From assembly GCA_036172245.1 (NCBI GenBank), contig JAYWIR010000025.1, forward strand, positions 2,790,001 to 2,854,000: DNA of 64,000 nucleotides. Direction: 5' to 3'. How positions within the stretch are numbered: position 1 is the stretch's first letter; the number at the start of each line of letters is the position of its first letter. Shown piece by piece: positions 36,788 through 47,460 of the stretch. Source of the stretch: Raillietiella orientalis (lineage: Eukaryota). The notes beneath the pieces are model-generated. The model worked only from the letters and a program-made list of their open reading frames with translations, did no database searches and was not told the DNA's origin. A program made the translations under genes and the position numbers.

Positions 36788-38515
36788 TCAGCTGCGTGAC
36801 GCCGCCTTCTTCTTGCCATGCTGCTGATGATGCTGGACGCGCTGGACCGAGTTTCCGGAAATGTCCAGGTCCCTGATCATCTTCTCCAGGTCGTTCCTCC
36901 TGTCCGGGGGATGCGCGTGCGCACCGCCGTCGACGACCGCCAGGTTCGCGATGGACCCGTAGGAGCGGGAGCGGTGCTCCTGCCGGATGGAGTAGGAGAA
37001 GGCGCGCTCGTTGAGGTGACCCTTCTTCCGGTAGATGCCGGCGGCGCCGTAGGCGGCAGCGGCGACCGGGTCGTCGAAGGGTGCCGCCTGCTCCTCCTTC
37101 CTCTTCCGGTGGTGCTCTTTTGCCAGTTTCCGGTTCGCGGTCGCGGCGGCATACCGCAGGTACAGCTCCTCCGGGACGTGGGCGTAGATGGGTGTCACGG
37201 ATCGGCTGGGCGGCGGCAAGCAGAGCTCCTCGGGGGCCACCGCGGCGGGCAGCCAGCCGCAGGGGACTTTCGGTGCAGCGGCAGCCATCGGAGGAAGGTG
37301 CATCGGGTAAGGGGCAACGACGAGGGGGGACGGGCCGTGGGGCAGCGCCTCGGCCGGGAAGGGCGCGGCCAGGAAGGCGGCCGGAGGGGGCACGTGGTGG
37401 CCGTTGGCGACCGGGGAGGTGCGGAGGTTCCTCTGCGGAGCGACGGCCGTCGCCGCGTGGTGGTGGTGGTGGTGGTGGTACCCGTTCGGGATGGGCACGT
37501 ACGGCCCGTTGGCGCCGCCCCTCGCGCGCTGCTGCTGCTGCCGCTGCTTGGGGAGCGCGGGGGATCTGGCGCCGCCGTAACTGCCGTGGGCCATTGCATG
37601 CTTGGACCTCTTCTGCCGGGCCAGCTTGGACGGCGCTGCTTCCAGGAGCGCCGAGGACCCCGGTGGAGGAGGCAGCGGCGATGCCATCTCGGGGGTGATC
37701 TGGCGCGCGCGCTGCTGCTGCTGCTGGTGGTGGTGGTGCAGCTGTGCGACTCCTCCCCCGCCGCCGCCGCGCAGCGTGCTACCGTGGTCGCCGCTGCTGG
37801 CGGGGCCGGCCCACACCTTGTGGTTCTGGTCGCCGTCGTAGGTGCTGCGCTCGTCGTCCGGAGAGGCGTCCTCGCCTCCGCCGCTCCCGCGCAGGGACAT
37901 GGTGGACACGTCGAGGGCGTCGTCGTCGTCGTCGTCGACGTCGTCGACGTCTCCGGGCGCGGCGGCCTCGCCCTGGTCTTCCAGCTGGCGGGCGCACGCG
38001 TTGTCCGCGTAGGCGTGGAAGCAGCAGCGCACGAGAGCGTGGGCGGAGTTCTCCTTGCGGCACAGGAAGGCGTGGCACTCGAGGACCTTGATCCCCGTGG
38101 TCCTGCGCAGCACGCAGGCGAACAGAGGGGAGTGGACGGGGTTGGGGCCCCGGGCGAAGGGCGAGTCCAGGGGCAGGAAGCGTGCCTCAGGGCTGGGGCC
38201 GCTGACCACCACGTACCTCACCGCCGCGCAGTAGTGCAGCGCCTCTATCGGGAAGAAGCGCGTGATCTCCTGCTGGTTCTCGTCCAGGTTCTCCAGGAGC
38301 AGCCCGTTACTCCACACGCTGAGCCAAGAGTCGATCCCCCGGACGCTGCGGCGCCCGTCCTCCGGGTACAGCTCCTGGAGAGGCTCCTGGATGGCCTGCA
38401 GCCCGTCCTTGGTCAGATGTGGCACCGAGGACCCCAGGTAGAGCACGCGGCAGCGGCAGATGGGCGTCGACCGGAAGCGCTCGGACTGGGGGTGGTGGTC
38501 CTTCCTGCCGGACAT
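36788..38515 (-). CDS. PTB-domain adaptor protein, CG12581-like (PTB_CG12581-type), 575 aa, single uninterrupted ORF
   Basis: The N-terminal ~aa18-170 has a PTB-fold signature (CRVLYLGSSVP...GLQAIQEPLQELYP...GIDSWLSVWSNGLLLEN...FFPIEALHYCAAVRY...PLFACVLRRTTGIKVLECHAFLC...ALVRCCFHAY) that I recognise as the CG12581-type PTB. It shows strong third-position GC bias, a His/Gln/Pro low-complexity middle and an ordered C-terminal block. A pyrimidine-rich ...cttcag immediately before gATG suggests an upstream exon may exist. Confidence 0.9.
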   Translation of the reverse strand: MSGRKDHHPQSERFRSTPICRCRVLYLGSSVPHLTKDGLQAIQEPLQELYPEDGRRSVRGIDSWLSVWSNGLLLENLDENQQEITRFFPIEALHYCAAVRYVVVSGPSPEARFLPLDSPFARGPNPVHSPLFACVLRRTTGIKVLECHAFLCRKENSAHALVRCCFHAYADNACARQLEDQGEAAAPGDVDDVDDDDDDALDVSTMSLRGSGGGEDASPDDERSTYDGDQNHKVWAGPASSGDHGSTLRGGGGGGVAQLHHHHQQQQQRARQITPEMASPLPPPPGSSALLEAAPSKLARQKRSKHAMAHGSYGGARSPALPKQRQQQQRARGGANGPYVPIPNGYHHHHHHHAATAVAPQRNLRTSPVANGHHVPPPAAFLAAPFPAEALPHGPSPLVVAPYPMHLPPMAAAAPKVPCGWLPAAVAPEELCLPPPSRSVTPIYAHVPEELYLRYAAATANRKLAKEHHRKRKEEQAAPFDDPVAAAAYGAAGIYRKKGHLNERAFSYSIRQEHRSRSYGSIANLAVVDGGAHAHPPDRRNDLEKMIRDLDISGNSVQRVQHHQQHGKKKAASRS

Positions 38516-39379
38516 CCTGAAGCGGGGCTCTTGCGGGGCGGGAAGGGAAGGAGGAGGCGAACTCGGGGGAGGCCGTCAGCAGCTCCTCAGAACGGACGGG
38601 GCTGGCTCCGCTCCGGGGTCGGCGGCAGCGGCAGCGAGGGGAGGGAGAGGAGGAGGGGGAGGAGGAGGTCACTGCGAGAGCACACCATCGCGATCCGACG
38701 ACGCCGAAGGGACTGCCCGGCCGCGGCATCTCAGCGCGGGAGTAGTCCGCGCTCTCCACCGCCCGGGGCGACGCGGCAGGCCGGAGAGGGTGGGGAAGGA
38801 CCAATCAGCGCGAGGCACCCGAGGCGACGCTCTCTCCCTCGCGCGCGCGCGCCGGCTCCTCCTCCTCCCTCCTTCCCTCCGCCTCCCCCCCTCTGCCGTG
38901 CGAAATGCGAAGTTGACTGCGGCTCGCACTGGACGTCAGGGTCGCGCGCCGGTCCTCATAGGGCGTGCTGGACGGCGCGCGCCAAGCGCGGGCGTCCGCC
39001 TCCTCTCGAGGGGGGAGTCTCTGAGGAGCATGCCCCCTTTCCCTCTAGGGAGAGAGGGAGGGGGGCGCCGATTAGCGGACCCCTCACCGACATCCTCCGG
39101 CGGTGGTTCCACCACCTGCCGCCATCTCCACCGTTCCAACGTGCTTCCCCCCTCCACTCGCTCGGCGCGACGCCCGCGGTTGGACCTCCGCCTCCAAGGC
39201 AACCGTTCCTTCCCCGTCCCTTCCCTGCCTCCAAGTCGGACGGTGGTGGTGCTATCTCTTGGGATCGCCCGCTGGGGCAGCGGGGAAAGGGCCTCCCAGA
39301 CAAGCGTCGCAGGGCACATCCGACCTTCGCCCACGTCAGCTCCGTTCTTCGCCTCCAGCATCAACCGGCCGGAGGAGGA

Positions 39380-41540
39380 GAGCAGGTGGGACAGAGAGCC
39401 AGAGGGGAAGATATGAGCGCTTGCAGTCCCTATTCTTTCGAAAGGGGGTGCCTCCCGGAAGGCGCGCGGCACGCACGCCACCTGTTCCTGGATTGGAAGC
39501 GACCTCTTCCTTCAAGCCTTCGAGTCGCTGCCGCTGGTAAGAAGAGGAGAAGGAATAGGAGAAGGAAGAGGGCAGGGGCTACCGCCCATCCCGGCGAGGA
39601 CTCCCCGGCCTTCTCGAGGAGCGGCCCTGGAGGTAGCGCATCCATGGAGTTCACGCTGGCTTTCCTCGCTGAGAGGCACTGCTGCGCGTGGGACGGTGGC
39701 TCGCCTCTTTGCAGAGGAAGGGCTGAGACCGAGCCAGCGGCTGTACGTCCGCGTCGCCCTGAGGGTCCCGGGAGGGGGGCTCCGATGCCCACACCTGCTG
39801 CCGGGCGGGGTGGCTGTCCAGATTTGATAACTTCGAGCTCACCGATGCAGAACAGCGAAGAGCTGCTCTCCCCTTCCTCCACCTCTCCTTAAACGTCTCT
39901 GAAGTACCTCTGGACGACATCCCTACACCCATTCCTGTGCTCCTATGCAAGAATCCCAGGGCGTGAGGACGCAAGCGCTTCGACGCACAGAGACAGGGAT
40001 GCAGCGTCTGAGTCTGAAGACTTGCAGTGGCGCCCCGAGCGGATTCCGCATCTCCGAAGAGGAGGAGAACGCGAGCGGAACTCTTGCCGGAGCACGGCAG
40101 GGGAGAGAAGGAGGCTGCGAGCTCTGGGTCTGATCTGGGAAGCCTCGCGGGCCCTCAGAGACCGCTGGCGCCAGGAGGCGCGCCCGATCTGGAAGGGAGG
40201 GTAGGCAGATAAGGCGTCTCTCTTCCGCTAATGGAAGGCTCGGTGTGAGGCAACCGGTCGCCCCGGTCGCTGCGTCGGCGGTAGGGCGCGCGGGCAGGGA
40301 GGCATTCATCTTGGGGCGCCACCGCCAAAAACACCGGGCGGGACTGCTCGCCGCCGCGAGCTGCGCCTCGTCGGGGCGGAAGAAGCAGATGACTGGCAGC
40401 GCTTTCGATTGAGACCCCTGACCTACGGGGAAACTCCCACCTGGCTCTCGCTGCGTAACCGACAAGATGGATACCGGTAGCAGTGGACAGGACAGAGATC
40501 CTCGCTCTACGCCTGCGAAAGAGTCTTCCTTGGCATTGGCTCCACCTTGGCCGCACACGACGGCACCTGACCATCAGGACGCGCACAAGCTCAAGTGCGA
40601 CGTTCCCACCGCGATCCCGACGAGGAGGGGAAGGGAGAGATCCGTCTCCTTCCCACGGTGGCGAACCAGCCGAGCTCCCGGGACGCCCGACGCCTGCGTA
40701 GACTGTGGCCTCAGAAGCACTTCGGTCTCCCCAAACTCGGGGCGTCCGAGAGGGGAAGGCGGAGCAAGAGACGAAGGCCAGTTGCCCGCTCGTGCCTCGC
40801 TCGCGAGATCACTCCCGCTCTCGGTTTGCCTCGGGAATGGGGAGGCATCTCTGAAGCCAATCGTAGGATCGGTAACGCGACCGCCGTAGCGTGGCAATGG
40901 GCCCCTCCCTACGAGACTTCTGCGACGGGAAGGATACCGCCGTCCGGGCGGGAGGTTTCGATCCCCTCCCGCCGCTCACCGCGACAACGCGCGCTCTCTG
41001 CTCGAGTCTGGGGGGGGGGTTGCCTCCGGTTCGAGACCACGCAAGGCTGATGCGAGTGGATAGGGAGGAACCCGTTGGCCCCGGTTGAGAGTCCCAGTAG
41101 GAGGGGCGGAGAGGTTCGGAGTTTTCGGTACCGGGATGGAAATGTCGCCCTCCGGGTGCCGCTTGGAGCCAAGAGGGTCGCCTGCAGCAGCAGGAAGGTC
41201 TCAGAGAGACCAACCCCTGCGGGAGGTTGGCCGGAGGGTGACCAGCGGGAGGAAAGGGAAGGCTTGGAAAGCACTGGACCTGCTGCGGACAAGAAGACCC
41301 CCCTGAGGCTTCGGCCCCTTAAATGAGTTGCCTCTTCGGGGGGCAGAGCGACCGCACGTGGGGTCCATCCGGGCGTGCGTTCTGGGAACGAAGGGAGCGT
41401 CCGTGTCCCGGCTTCGGGGCTTCCTCCAACCCCGAAGATTCCGAGGGCTGGAGGAAAAATGGGGTGAGGACCCACCGAGAAAGAAGCGGGAGGGAAGCTC
41501 GCATGGTCAGAGAGCACGAGGAAGAAGCATCCCTGAGGAT
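39380..41540 (-). mobile_element. Decayed LINE ORF2 relic
   Basis: LVLSDHA (~41515, endonuclease SDH-like), DPTIGFRDAS (~40860, domain 2), FAGVERGSLSCPLLPVSIL (~40510-40465, GVpQGs.lsPLLf), CFFRPDE and PKMNAS (domains 5-6), in order. Confidence 0.45.
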
Positions 41541-42479
41541 TCTGGGCGTGGGGGGAAAGAAAGGGGGGGGAAGCGCCGGTAGGAATGGGGACCTGGTGGA
41601 TCCCAGTTGCGCTCGTTGCCAAGCAAAGGGGGGCTTCCCCCGTCCCCGGCTACCTCCGGTCTCGGCACGATAGGAGGAATTCGCTCCCTCTCGATGGGGG
41701 TAGGGGGGGGCAGCATGCTCTCCCCCACCGACGAGAGGACGGCCGGCTCGTAGAGGGACGAATTTCATTCCAGCCCCGGTAAGTCACGCCCTCGATTTCT
41801 GGGAGACTGTGGTGCTGTTCCCGGAGAGCAGCTGAGCTCCAGGGAATCCGCCGCAGCTCCTCAGAGTCTTCCAGGGACCCGCGGCGCCGGTTTGTTTCGT
41901 TTCCGGTTTCGCGATGCGCCTCTTCGTCGCACTCCCGGGTCATCTAGTTTTCTGTGAGACTTCCTGGCTCACGGACCCCGTGAGTGCGTACGGAAAGCAC
42001 TCGCGAAAGAGGAAAACAGGAAGGCCTTTGACCACAGCTTGCAACGACCTCCACCCCGCAGGCGTATCTCAAGGGATTCGAGGCTCACCAAAGCAGGACT
42101 TCGGCTCGCGCGTCGCGCCGTGGCGTGGCTCGTCGCTCGGGGCAACCGAGCTTCTTGCCCAGCATCTCGCCGGTTTACGATCAGACTGTGCATGCTCCTC
42201 CGTACGGTGCGTGCGGAGGTGAAAGACGGGGAACGCACCGCCGGGCGACGCTTTTGGCTTCGGCTGGCCGCGCTGGCTACCTCGGACAATCTCTGGATCT
42301 TTGGCGGTACCGCGCTCGTCCGCGTGCCTCGAGGTGATGCTGCCGCCTTTTCCTCATCGCCCTCTGCGGGAGCCGGGAATGGGTCCCAGAAAGGGGGAGC
42401 GAACTTCGCGCGGGAGTGTATTCCTGGGTCTTTGCTACGGACCGAACTCGCCGCCACCCGCCCTCCGGTGATCCAGCTC

Positions 42480-44400
42480 GAGGCCAGTTTCCCTCTGCTT
42501 GCTTTGGAGCAACGGAATGGGGGTGGCGGTCGCGATTTCTCTCGTCTCCGTCGTCTGCTTGTTGTACGGAAATTTGTACGTGGGGCTGCAGCCTGCCCCG
42601 AGGACCTTGAACACTCTGGTCAGAGATTGAAGGCGTTCCCCGTCGTGGGAACTCGTTTCCGTGACAACCCCGTGGAACGGGTGGTGTTGTCGGAGCAAAA
42701 GTGTGCAAGCATCTAGGGAAGCAGCAGACTGAATCGGAGTCGAATGCAGCCTCCCCCAAAGAGCGGGAGAACCACGGGACGAGGCGGGAAGGTGGAAGGG
42801 AATGTGATTGGGGCGAATGCATCCCTGAAAGCATCTTTCCTTCTTTCCTTTTCTTTTTGCTCTTTCCTGAAGCATCCCTGAAAGTGGAGCTGGAGGGGAA
42901 CATGCTCTGCAGCTTTTCTCGACACCCTACCCCGGTCACGTGGTCCGCCCATTTCCAGGTTGCGTTGCTCCTCTCCACCGATGACCCGCCGTGCCCAGCT
43001 TCCGAGATTAAGACCAAACTTCCTCCTGGTGGGATCCCCACTTAGGGAGACCGAGGAGGACCTGTGGCTGGAGGGTGAGTTTCGGCCTCGGCAGCGGCTT
43101 ACAGCGGCGATCTAGGAAAGGCCGTTCCCGGAAGCTGAAGAAAAGAGGAGCTTCACCCGGATGTGACACTCAGCGAAGTGGACGAATCGGGACATCCTTT
43201 CCCACGCGTCCACGGAGGCACCCGTAGTCCCGGAGGTGTTCGGATCGAATCTGGCACTCTCTGGGACGGAACGGCGCCACTCCGCTCACGTCGCCACCAG
43301 TCTCGCCGCGCGCACCAGCACAGGCGGCGCAGACAGAAGTGCGACGGTGACGGCGCTTCTCGTTTTCTGCAAGTGCAACAATCGTGGCGGAGCATTATTT
43401 CCCATCTGCTATGCCTTCTTTGGAAGATGGGAAGGCTCGGCTCCTCTGGGTCCACAGACACTGTCTCACCTGCTAAAAGGAGATGAGAACCCAGGAAACG
43501 ACGTTCCTTTGGGAGGTGGAGTGGCGAATTTCCTCCATCCTTTCCCCCGGTCCGGGTCGCGCCCCAATCCTCTGGCGAGAGCTTTGACCTCGAAGAGGCA
43601 AGTTGGTGCAGAGCGCCTCCCCCGCTGGACCCAGCGCTGCTGAACTAGGGACTCGAGGAATGAGTGGGTCGAAAGCCCTCGCTACCTCTCGGGATCCGAG
43701 ACGGAGGCGGCCGTCTCCTTCCGGCTTCCGGCGGTTTCGCGCTTCCTCTGGAAGTGCCATGGAAGTCCGCGAAAGGGCTTCCTGCGACGGCCCGGGGTCG
43801 AAATGCGGGAGGATCTTCTTGCGCTGCCATCGAATGGGCCTCCCGATCTCACGGCGGTGGGCACTTGGAACTGCTGCGCCGGAGGTTGCTGCTGTTACCC
43901 GGCACCTCCTCCGCATCCGTCGGTGGCAGACCGCAGCACGCGCGCGTTCGTCACACGGCGCACAGCTGCGTTCGCGCGTTGCCACGTCGAGCCCTTGCAG
44001 CCCTGCGCAAGAATTTTGAATAGCGCGGTCTCCACTCGACCACAGGTGGCGGCACCTTCCGAGAACCGCTGTGGGATGTGTCCAAGCGTTCCTCGCTGCT
44101 TGCCGAGTGATGCGGTCGCCTGGAGCAGTTCCCTTCCGCCAAGTTCCCTTCGACTCCGAGAGCATCCCGTTCTCTAGCCGGTTGGGTGCCACGGGGAGGA
44201 GCTCTAATCTCGATGTGGTCTTCCCTTTCGAGAACTCAGGGGCAGCTCCTGGGGTGTTGAGGCAGCGGAGAGAGAGCACGTACCGAGAAGGCAAAGCCTT
44301 TCTGCTTCCCCTCCGAAGGAGTCCCTGCGAGAGTGTTTCCCGTGAATCGTGTCCTTGACCACTCCCCCAAAAAAGGCCAGCGAGCGCTTCCAGTACTTCG
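42480..44400 (-). mobile_element. Decayed Ty3/Gypsy pol relic (RT end, RNase H, integrase)
   Basis: WPFLGEW (~44365), RRHSRWEIMLRHD (~43400, RNase H end), AGHGG...TWKW...C (~42995-42920, HHCC) and HGVVTETSSHDGERLQS...VLGAG...PYNKQTTETREIATAT (~42675-42520, integrase core fG.p..i.sDnG...pYhpQtnG..Er.n.T). Confidence 0.6.
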
Positions 44401-45429
44401 GTACCATGCGGAGGAATACCTCAGGAAAGAGACTATGCGTTCCTTTGCGGCATGTGCGGAAAGCATCTGTTGGGCCATTGGCTGCGCGCGAGGTGGGTCA
44501 CCTTCTAGAACTAGAACCACGGAGGCTCCGTTACAGAGAACGAGGCAGAGAGATGGCGGGCACCATCTCTTCATGGTTTGCTTGCATCCCCGAGTCAGAT
44601 GCCCATCGCAAACAATCCGAGTGCCAATCAAAATACTTTCTTCTGTGGAGGACAGAGGTCAAAGGCACTTCTCGCTGCCGTGAAGAAGATCAGTGTGTTT
44701 CCACAAGAACTTCGTTCTGTGAGTTTCTGGTTTTCTTCTTTCAGTTTGTGACCGCCTTTCTTTTTCCACGCAAGCACGTCGCACCTGGTTGTAGAAAGAG
44801 CGAATCCGCACGCGAACCGTGATCACCTGCCGAATTCCCCCGAGGTCGCCGAGATGCTGCTCTTAGAACTTTGGTCAGAGTTGGTCGGGATCCTCGGATC
44901 ACGGCCGCGCGTTCCCGAGAAGCGTGCGTTCAGCTCTGGCGCAGCGGAGTGCTCGCTCGCTCGCTGCGCGCTCGGTGGGCGGCGTGCGAAGAGGCCGCCG
45001 CATCATGGTGGTCGTGGTGGTGGAGGAATCCCGGATCGGAACGCGGGAAGCAAGAGCTAGAGTGCTTCTTGGTTCCGTCGTCGATGGAACCGGAAACCAT
45101 TCACTCCTCTCCTGAGCATGTGCTGGAACGGTGAGCTGCCAGTTTGGTACAGCCACGCGAGAGTTTGAAGCTCGAGATATACATCAAGAAGGTGATGAGG
45201 AAACCCCGAGGCGAAGTGCGGTGTCCTTGGACTCTCGTTTCGGAACCAGGAATTCGATGCAGATGTGGGGGACTCCTTCCCAGAGGTGCGCACGACGCGC
45301 GCGAGTGCATGGAAACAACAGTAGGCGCATCCATCCAGATCTCGCATCGCTTGCTTTTTCCACCAGGTGATGGAGACGTTGTCTGGAGGGATCTTGCTCT
45401 CTCTACCCACCTCAGGGAGTCACGCTGCC

Positions 45430-47460
45430 TGGTTTTCGCCGCTTTTGAGCTCTGAAAAGAGGCAGGTGAGGAAGACGTGCTTTTAGACGGCAGAAGCGAA
45501 GATAGCGATGCCATGGGGGCGGAAGAACTCTTTTATCTCCTGGGAATGAGCGACCGGACCCAGCACGGCTCGCTTGGGTTCCAGGTTGACCCAATGTTTC
45601 ACATCTGTCCACTGCAGGGATCCCGGTAGTCCATTCTGACCTCTCCCGCCTGCTTCGGAAGTTCGTCCTGCGTTTGATTTTTCGAAAATCGGACGAACCT
45701 TGCTGAGGAGCATCATTCTCTGGATCGCACGTCCGCAGGGGTGACGGTGGCTCGGCAACCCGAGGTTTGGATATCTGGGATCGCATCGTTCCTCGGGAAG
45801 GAAAATCTCTTGCCGCATCGGTAGTCGTCCTCTGTTGCTCTCCGACGAAGAGCGTGCGGAAGAATGGAACGCGACGGGAACGCCACCACCACGGTGATCA
45901 CCTCCTTCTCGAAGAGGAGTACCAGGTGAACCCACCCTGAGGGTTTGTAGGTGTAGCTCGCACCAACATCCTGCTCAAGATGCAGGGGAGGCCAGGGCAT
46001 CTCTGATTACCCTCCCTTCATTGGTGAGTCATCTGGCTTCTCGTCAATGAGTCCAGAATTCGTGGAACTTTCGCTGGACCCCGTGCTCTATTCTTCATCC
46101 TTTTGTTTGCTTACTGTCCCAGGTTACAAGGGGTGTAGTCGATGGCATGACCGGATGTGACAGAAGGAAGAAGGCAGAAGAAGTAGATAACTGCAGAAGT
46201 GGACGTCGGTGCGGAAGGGATCTTCGCTACCGGAAAAAACGCAGCGACCTGATAGGCGACGCACTATCGAAGGGAAGTGCAACGCACCAGCGGTTTCCCC
46301 CGCAAGAGAAGTACCTTGACTGCGAGCAGCGGGCAGCGCTCAGAATTCGGTCGTCAGGGAAGGATAGGCGTCGAGCTTGAGCGAGGGGTGCTGCGATCTA
46401 CTGAGCCGATCGCGCGACTGGAAAAGACAGACGGGAAGACGTCCTTCCTCTTCCTGGTGCAGGGCAGCAGAGGAGGCCTGCTCTTCCCAAGGAGGGAGGA
46501 ACCTGCCTGCTCGGGCCTCCGCAGGCCGCCGCTCCGGGATGCATCTGGAAGTGGGGTGCTGTCTCATACGATCTGGGCGGAGAGCAAGGGGCCAGCTGGA
46601 TGCGATCATCACTTTCTGGCGTCGCGTTTCCAGGGGATCTGTGGCTGCGGATCCTCACGAAACTCGGATATCAGCGGTCGCATGCGAACGCGAAGGGAGT
46701 GGGAGGAAAAGAAGGGAAGAAAACGAAAGGAAGCAAGATCGGCGAAGGATTTGGACCCATCGAAGTTCAGCGCCTTCAACGTATTCGAACCCGTCGAAAA
46801 GATCCCTGCTTTGGGAAAAAAATGGCCCTGGATGCTTCATTATCCCTCATCCGCCTCGGAATCCCCCTGGAAAGAGAGAGAGAGGAAAGGGTGGGATGGA
46901 TGGGTGGAAGGAATCCCCGCAGTTTCATTCACCGCGAGTAAGGAAAAGAATGAGAGTTCGATCCGGCTGTTAGCGGGAATCCGGAAGATCCCACGTCATC
47001 CAGGCCCTGAGGTAGGATTTCGAAATTTCGGAAAATGCAGTGTTTCTTGAACCCTGCGGAGCAAGAAGGCCCTGACGCTCTGGTTCCGGCAGTGATCGCT
47101 CGGCCTGTACTGCCGTCCATGCCGTGTGGATAAGAATCCTGATCCATTCGCGAGTGGATTCGGGGGACAGGGAGAAGTTCATCCCGTGATGAGGTTTCGT
47201 AGCGTCCAGTGGGTGTCTCCAGTTCGAGTTCGTTCCCGGGGATGAGGTCTCGCCTGCGGGGAACTGCAATCTATCTTCCCTTCCTCCCCGTGTAGAGGAA
47301 CATCCTGCGCCCGCTCTGCATACCTGGGAGACTGCCATTGGGATTCCACTCCCAATAACATCCGTGCGCAGAAAACTGGGTCCAGATGTGGTAGAAGCCG
47401 TCTCTCTTCGCTACAGATGCTTTGCCGTTGGCTAATCCCTGCAAGATGCAGCTGCCGATG
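45430..47460 (-). mobile_element. Second decayed Ty3/Gypsy pol relic, internally deleted
   Basis: ILQGLANGKASVAKRDGFYHI (~47440-47385, RT), HPGPFFSQSRDLFDGFEYV (~46830-46780), GVPVAFHSSARSSSESN (~45880-45835, RNase H), LGPVAHSQEIKEFFRPHGI and SSPASFQSSKAAKTRQR (~45565-45425, integrase core). Confidence 0.55.
46974..47048 (+). repeat. 75-bp duplication, copy 1
   Basis: cgggaatccggaagatcccacgtcatccaggccctgaggTaggatttcgaaatttcggaaaatgcagtgtttctt; one mismatch to 49900-49974. Confidence 0.95.

Noticed and set aside
36818..39892. 1024-aa plus-strand ORF
   Set aside because: Antisense shadow of the GC3-rich PTB gene, continued through GC-rich stop-poor DNA; composition is V/G/R/L-rich with no domain motifs.
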